Notes under the pieces: generated by a model
The model's input: only the letters and a program-made list of their open reading frames with translations
The model's database searches: none
Told to the model about the DNA's origin: nothing
Made by a program: the position numbers and the translations under genes
Shown: in pieces, positions 56,602 through 64,000 of the stretch
How positions within the stretch are numbered: the stretch's first letter is position 1
Layout of the letters: each line of letters opens with the position of its first letter
Source: Paramecium tetraurelia
Lineage: Eukaryota
Assembly: GCA_000165425.1 (NCBI GenBank)
Contig: CT868663.1
Span: forward strand, 62,001 to 126,000
Length of the DNA stretch: 64,000 bases
Direction: 5' to 3'

Positions 56602-59081
56602 TCACAGAAAATTCTCAAAGTTATGAAGCATCTTCTTCAGTATTTATCTCTTTTTAATCATTTTATGATCCTTATTCATATTCTTCATTTTATTATAATC
56701 CATCATTCTCCTTTTATTATTATTCACCTTATCCTTACAATTATTCAAACTATTATAATTCTTGAGACTCATTATTTTTAATGCTTTAATCTGAAGAATC
56801 ATCAACAGATTGAGTAGGTTAATCATTAAATTCATTTGCTTCTGTATTTTCATTAATAGTTATTTAACTAACTTGTTCAATTAATTTTTCATCTGATTCC
56901 TTCTCTAATTATTCCTTCTAGATTTCCTCCTATTTTTTGATAAATTCTTATTTTTCTTGTCTCAACTATTTCAAGATATCTGGTTCTTCTTATACTATTC
57001 TTTGTGGAATTTCATCATCATCAATTTCTTCTAACTATGGTTCCTAACTAATCATTTCTGAATTAGGCAGTAGATTTTCCTATTATTTTGATTCAGGCTC
57101 CTTGGCTTAAACTTCCAAAGTTGGTTTATATTTTACAAGAGATTTAATAGTCTTGTCATTTGATAGTTAATTGAACACCTCTAATAATTATGGATTTTCT
57201 TGCTGTCGTCCTTTTAATTATAAGATAGATAGATACCCTAGATTTTTAAATAATTCTCTAAAGCCATGTATAACATATATCTGACACTCTAAACTTTGTC
57301 TTATGCTAATTCTAGTAAAGGTCTTAGAAGATGCTATTAAAAGATGGCATCCTCAAATTGCATGATTTTAGAACACATTTAAATAAATCTATATATTATA
57401 GGAAATTGTACGATTATCTTTGATAAAACACTGATGACTTTTAAAAACCTATCATGCTTTCAATAATGAAGGTTTGATATTATTCAGACAATGGCGAATC
57501 TTTGATACCTTAAAAAAATGCATAGATTTTAGAAGATGCTATTTTTCTAACTTATGCCACATTGTCAGTACAAAGCTTGAAAGCAATAGGAAGAATCATT
57601 CTAAATATGATTTCTGCTGGAAAGATGAGAGCCATCTCATCTAATTGATTTGCAATTGATTCTCTGATTCTCCACTTTTTTAAATCCCTCTAAATGAAAA
57701 AAAATATTTCTAAAAATGCCTCCTTCTTTTCATCTGAAAATATTTTCAAAAACTGTGATAAATTCTTAACACAACCCATTAGCACATTATCATTTGGTTC
57801 TTTTACAAAAATGGTCTCTAAAACAGGAAACAAGTCTATTTCAGCTTTCTCTGCTCCTATGATTTTAGCAATTTCATGGAGACTAGCTGCCAAAGTCTTA
57901 CAGATTCTTTCATTCTTTTGTTTCCATAGATGATTAAATAATTTATGCAATTATTACCATCTTGCGACTCCAACTGTTTATAACACTGCGGGAAAACCAT
58001 ACGCACATGCAAACATTACTTACTGTTCAGGTAACAATTCTCTTATATCGGAATCAGCCATTTTCAAATAATTTTCAATTAGTCTTGGTTCAATTTTGTC
58101 TTTTTCAATAGCTGCAATAAATCTAGCCAAACATCTATATGCTACTCCCTTAACATATTTATTAGAATCGCTAAAAATGTAATTATCTCATTACTTTTAG
58201 AATTATAATAATTAAGCTGTGAGATCAGCAGTTTTTTAATTTTGAGATGACAATTCTACAATTTACAAAAAATGTTCCACACATGCAGTCTTTACTTTTG
58301 TATTTGTTTCCTTACATCTTTTCATGTAGAATGGGAACAATTTCTTATTAAAAAAGTCTTTACCAACCACTTTTGCAACCAAGGGCAATTGATTAACTGC
58401 CTCTTTTCTCACATCTTATTTTGAATCCTCTCCAAGAGACATCACTTCAAAAGCTATAAAAGACTCGCTTAATTATATCCCAAACATTGATGAGAGCTTC
58501 CCCATTAATTACAATGCCACTATTCTATTATCCTGATTGAGATCATCATGCGCCATCTTTATTATGATTGGTAACAACTAATTTCCTTTCTCATCTCCTT
58601 ATAAATGAAGAGCAATCTTAGTCAATTATGAACCTGCCAACTCTTTGATTTTCAAAATGCTATTCAACAAGAAAAAGCTCAAAATTTGTATGACAGGTTA
58701 CTGAGCTTATAAAGATGCCTCATATATCAAATTAAGTTATTCGATAAACATTATTTAAAATCTTTCATCTTCATTTTTCTAAATTAAATATTACAACAAT
58801 TTTACATATTTTTCCATAATCATTGGCAACTTATCGGTTGATTTTTGTCCTAAATTTCTTACACAATAGCTAATATGCTTAGTATAGTTCTCCTTGTCAA
58901 TGTTGGTCATCTTATGAACATTTAATAATTTATTAAGAAGCTAATCTTAATCATCATCTAAGACAAATGAATGTATATCGCCTTGCTTTTGATTTAGGAA
59001 AAAGGCCTCTTCTTTCAATATTTAATTCATAATCGACCTGTCATCTGATTTCAGTTTGGGAGAAATTTTAATGTTATACAT
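56602..59081 (-). CDS. PPP4R1: Protein phosphatase 4 regulatory subunit 1-like HEAT-repeat protein
   Basis: ACAYGFPAVLQTVGVARW, KTLAASLHEIAKIIG, WRIRESIANQL, LCTDNVAQVR; acidic/Q-rich tail. Confidence 0.8.
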
Positions 59082-59117
59082 ATTTTTTAAATTAATATTA
59101 ATTTTTTAATGTTTGCA

Positions 59118-59991
59118 TCATTAACTTTTCTTTTTTGATATTGCCTTCTTTTAAATTTAAACCGTCCTTGTGTCTAACCCCTCCTTAAATTTTTCATTTT
59201 GTTATTTAGAATTTTAAGTCTTCTAATTTCTCTACTGCTTCAAAGGCACTTTTAATTATTTTTTTTAATTCTTTTATGCACTTTTTGAATTTTATTTTTC
59301 TTATTTGTCCTTTTCCCAACCTAATAGTTTGTAATACAAATTTATTTCATTTCTAAATTTTCGGAATATAAATAAGGCAGCTCTTGCATCAACCTCAGAA
59401 CTATGCTGTCCTTATTAAATGTGTTGGCCTAAATACTTCAAACACATCTTTTTTAAACCCTTATATTATTCATACTATTACTTGATCCTTCATCCAATTT
59501 TAAAAAGTCTACCTTCATCAAATCTCTGGTTTGGTAATCCTCCAAATTAAATTCCATTGCATCAAAATCACTCTTTAGCGTATGTCCAATGATGGTTTTA
59601 TCTATAAATAGTTGCATTTTCTACCCTTGAATAACAACTAAAGCTTCAATTTCTCAAAGTCATTGTAAACTGGTTTATCCTTAATTATTTATGGTGTGAT
59701 TCCAGAAATTCGTGTAATGTAATTGATCACCTTAAATCTTGGTTTGTAGTATTGATCCAAAACAACATAGCCATTATAATTGACGACTGTTATTCGGGCC
59801 AACATCTAAACGCTGGCTCCAATCTCATTCTCACATTCAACCATTTCACAATCTATAGCCAAAATTGATCCTGTTTGATTCTGACTCCCTGGAACAGCGA
59901 ATCTAACATCATAATTTTGCATAGCTTCTGTAATAGATTAAACTTTCTGTGTTTCCTAAGCACCCTATTTTGGTTACACCTTATTGAACAT
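59118..59991 (-). CDS. REXO4: DEDDh RNA exonuclease, REX4-like
   Basis: LAIDCEMV, LARITVVNYNG, ITRISGIT, IIGHTLKSDF, HSSEVDARAA; second splice junction ambiguous. Confidence 0.85.
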
Positions 59992-60944
59992 AATTAAAAT
60001 CTGATAAAAATAATTAAGTTCGCGAGTATTTGATAAGTATAAAATCATTATTTTTCCTAACTAAAATATCTGTGTCAATAGATTTGCATCCATTGCCATC
60101 ATCTAATTCGAAATACTATGGTTTAATTATCCATATGTATTTCAATTCTTTATCATATTTAAATACACTTTGCGTTAAGTACAAAGCGAATTTTGGAGTC
60201 ACATTAATCTTTTTAATCCAACCTTTAAACGGACTATTAACATTAAATATGAAAATTTAGATTCAATTTATTATTCAGAAAAATTGAAATAGAATTAATC
60301 ATCAGACATTAAAAAATAACAGAAATTATTATTAATTCTGAAAATAATATAATAGCAATCATTTTTTAAATGTAGTTTTCTACCAACACAATAATAAATT
60401 TTAGGAGTTTTTCCCAAAATTAATATGTACTGTTTAAACTGATTCTTACTTCCACCTAAACCTAAAGTTTTTGATTTTAGTTTAATAAATATAGAATAGA
60501 ATTTGCTTACCCTAAGTAATTAAATTATTTGATTATTTATTTCAATTAAGTTTATATTTAAACTGCGATAATTTTTATTAATTTAACTTATCATGCTACT
60601 CAATTTAATAAAATATTTAACATAATAGATGAACCATTCTAAGTCATTACCAAACAGTAGAATGTTTATATATAATATATTAATTAGACTTGAAATCTTA
60701 ATTGAAACTGGCTAATTTGAAATATATATCCTTTATTCATTTATTCTTTTGACTATATTAATAAATATGAATAGCAAATACTCCTGTAGAAATAATTTTA
60801 AAATTTAATTCTTATCTAACTAAGATATAATTGTATAAGGTTGTATAACATTTGTAAAGACATATTTCACCAATTCCTAATGAGATAAAACAAAATAAAA
60901 TTTACAAATTTTGTAATAATTTTATATAAAATATTATCATAAAA

Positions 60945-61873
60945 ATGAACATGTAAAGAAAAAGCCATTCTCCTGAATTAAGAAAAGAGTTAGCATTAAA
61001 ATTATTAAAAAATGAAAAGTATCCTTTTGTCTCCAAATAATCTTAATCCCCAGAAATAAAGATGACCAGATCTACAGTGATTTAGAGGCGTAGGCCGTAG
61101 GATCACCCTGTCAATTCTCCCATTATTGAGGATTTATTGAGATAATGTAAACTCTTAGAGGAATTAGTTAAGAAGTCGAAAAAGGTAAAAGTTCTTATGG
61201 ATAAGAGTAGATAATAGATGAGAAAGAAACTAAAATTTAACTCTTACTTCAATTACTTAAACAAAGAGAAAATTGTTGCAAAGAATTGTAAATGCAATCG
61301 CACAAACTGATGGAAGAGAGACAAATTTTAATAGAACACATCACTCAATTGGAAAGCTAACTCAATCTTCAAGAGGAAGAGGAAGCATGTATGATATATA
61401 AATCTAATGCACAAAGATTCTCAAGATGGGTATCAACAACATATGACTAATTTAAATAATTTGAGACACTTCCTATATTAGATTCGTCATAGTAATGAGG
61501 ACATTCCAGTTTTTGTTGATGTTGACAATCTGACTTACGAATAACTTCTCCAACTTGAAGATACAATTGGATATGTTAATAGAGGTTTGAGCAAGGAACA
61601 AATAAAGACTATCCCTAAAGTAAGCTTTGATTAATGCAAAACAGATGAATAATTGTAAGTGAAATTGATTTTAATTTTAGATGCTCTATATGCTAAATTG
61701 AGTTTGAAAGTACTGACAAATGCAGAGCTCTCCCGTGTTAACATCTCTATCACTCTAAATGCATAAAGTTATGGCTGGGAAAAGAAAAGCATTGTCCGAT
61801 ATGCAAACAGGAGTTGGAAATTAAGATGCCAAACTAGTATCAAACTGAAGAGAAGGAAATGGTAGAACAATGA
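60945..61873 (+). CDS. RING-H2 E3 ligase with DNLTYEQLL motif (BIG BROTHER/MBR-like)
   Basis: VDVDNLTYEQLLQLEDTIGYVNRGLSKE then CSICQIEF...LPCQHLYHSKCIKLWLGKEKHCPICK; two introns. Confidence 0.92.
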
Positions 61874-61962
61874 ATTAATATATTATATATCTTATAATGC
61901 ACAATTTAATATTATTATATATTCAATAATGAGATTTTAGCAATTATAAAAAATAAATAATA

Positions 61963-64000
61963 TCAGAGGTACAATTATTTTTTTCTATTTTTCAAAAATT
62001 GTATATTTGTATTATAAGATGATGGAGTATGGGAATTCAACATCCCATCTTGAGATAATAGAAATTCAGGTTAATGTTCCCTTGTATCAGGTTAGAGAAA
62101 AGTAGTCATAGCCTTTTTGGTAATTCGATGATTATTTTGGTCTTACTGTTATTTGTCTTTAACATGGTTCTCTTCATCTGAGCTTAATTGCTAAGCCTAT
62201 TTGATGATATCCATCGGTAAAAATGTATTTTTTTTATCAAATTTTCTGGTTTAAGTTTCACTATTTAGAGTATTTGTTTTGATCAGTTTAGGAGATATTC
62301 TGCTTGGACTCCTCTCATCCATTTTATTGATGATACCCTTTTACAACAGCACAGTTTTCAAGTAGGTCATCCTCCTTTTTAGTTCATTTGATGTCTATTA
62401 CTCAGCATCTTTGATTGCTTTGTCTAAAATGCCTTTCTTGGTTTAAGCTTAGAACATTAAATTTCGCTTGAATTTTTCAAAGCCATGTTTAATTTTAGTT
62501 TCAGTATTATTTTCAGTTAATTGTTATTCAGCCTTCTATTCCAAACCTTGTAAATATGCCTTTGTTTTAGTAAATTTGTCTTCATAATCTCTTTTCTTCC
62601 TTCTTGCATCCTCATGCACTTCCTCGCCTATTTCTCTGAATTCTGAGAAGAATATTTTATAAAAGTTTGATTTAGATAGAGACAAGAGTTCACATTACTT
62701 TTACGCAATGGCAGTATATTTCCTTTGAGTTTCTTTGATTAGTTCAATTTCTCCAAAGTATTGTCCTACATCTATAGTTACAAAGGGATGGTAATCACAT
62801 TCTTTTATACACAAGGAAACGCTGCCCTCACGAATAAAATAGATTTCGCTGGCATAATCTCCTTCATTATAAATGACATCCCCTTCTGGAATCCTAAGGA
62901 TTGTTAACAATGGGCCAATATAGGCTGTAAATCTTAATGGTTTATGTTTAAAGAGATCAATTCCCAAAAATACATTTTTATACATAGCCTATGATAATTC
63001 AGTCCTTAAATTTTAAGGTAGAAGATGTAGAAATTCAACAACTTCATTCTAATTATTTTTGTATCCTTACTTCAACACTTTACAAATCTTAGCATATAAA
63101 GTATTATCAATTTTATGGTGCTTAGCAATTTCATTCAAAGTGTCAATTTTTTCCTTATATTTCAAATTCTAAGAATCCAATTAAGTCAGCAATGAACTAA
63201 CTGAACCGATAGTCACAGAGAAGAAGATCACTCCGATAATCATTATGAATATTGCAATCATCTATTCAGTACTATTTGTAGCTGATATATCCCCATATCC
63301 AGTAGTTGCCATAGTTTAGAAGACCCAATACATACTCATGATATATCTTTCAAAGTTAGATTCATTTCCGACGTATTGGTCAATCCAAGTTTAAGTCTCA
63401 GATGAAATAGTTCCAACGAAATACCAAAAACAAGAGAACAAATGACTTACTAGGATTACAGATAATAATGAGATAATCATAACCCTAATATTTTACTATG
63501 ATAACTAAACAGAATTACACTGATATTTGAAAATTGATTCAACATTTCTCCGTATTTCTTCTTTTATATGAAAAACTTCAGCATTCTTGACATCTTGATG
63601 AGCTTCACCATTTTGTACGCTTTTGGCAGTTTTGCAATTTTCTGAAAACCATTTGTATTGTAATCATCAACGACATAATCCATGGGCAATACACATATTA
63701 TGTCCAGTATAAACCAACCAGTCAAATAATGTTTAATTATTATCTTTCTGTCCACAATCAACTCATCCTAATCATCAACATAAGCACTAAAGAAATTTAT
63801 AACTATGTCTATCCCGTAAAGAATATCTATTGTTATGTTAAAACCAAGCTAAACTGCTGATTCTGCTGAGTCGTCATTCTTAAAAGAGATTTCATAAGGA
63901 ACTAACAAGCAAACATACAATAATGCTATTATAATTAAAATATCCCATGACAATTTTATTGGATCGTCAGGGAATACAATGTAAGAAAGATGAGCATAAC
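61963..64000 (-). CDS. Cyclic-nucleotide-binding-domain K+ channel, 5' end outside the window
   Basis: YLTGWFILD, S4 KLPKAYKMVKLIKMSRMLK, pore TMATTGYGD, cNMP domain YFGEIEL...RKYTAIA; TGA at 61963-61965. Confidence 0.93.

Noticed and set aside
60000..60940. 940-bp AT-rich gap as a retained IES or transposon
   Set aside because: No terminal inverted repeats, transposase-like ORF or interrupted gene is visible, and TA-bounded consensus matches are uninformative at this AT content.

Overview
This is gene-dense, very AT-rich eukaryotic DNA with the signature of a Paramecium-type ciliate macronuclear chromosome. TAA/TAG encode Gln, TGA is the only stop, introns are tiny GT..AG elements of about 22-28 nt, and many intergenic spacers are under 30 bp. 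The supplied ORF track treats TAA/TAG as stops and is therefore fragmentary, so I re-translated by hand with translation table 6. I can support about 45 protein-coding genes. They include two cNMP-gated K+ channels, PP2C, an ecto-apyrase, ARPC4, RBX1, copine, RPN3, MRM2, an RCC1-tailed myosin, two tandem MAPKs, a PUF protein, a Wee1-like kinase, p24, a GH125 mannosidase, a SET protein, a homeodomain protein, HutI, CFAP96, RWDD1, RPL5, PP4R1, REXO4 and three other RING-H2 proteins. I saw no rRNA, tRNA, telomere repeat, CRISPR array or transposon. The best candidates for something undescribed are: (1) a tandem pair of ~90-aa predicted dually acylated microproteins sharing a C-terminal motif I do not recognise, in a gene-poor island; (2) a putative augmin HAUS7/AUG7 homolog; (3) two degenerate membrane 'pseudo-histidine kinases'; (4) a tandem MAPK with SPY in place of TxY; (5) a +1 frameshift in GH125; and (6) a GT-TG intron needed to complete a RING finger. 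All family assignments come from motif recognition; no database search was run.
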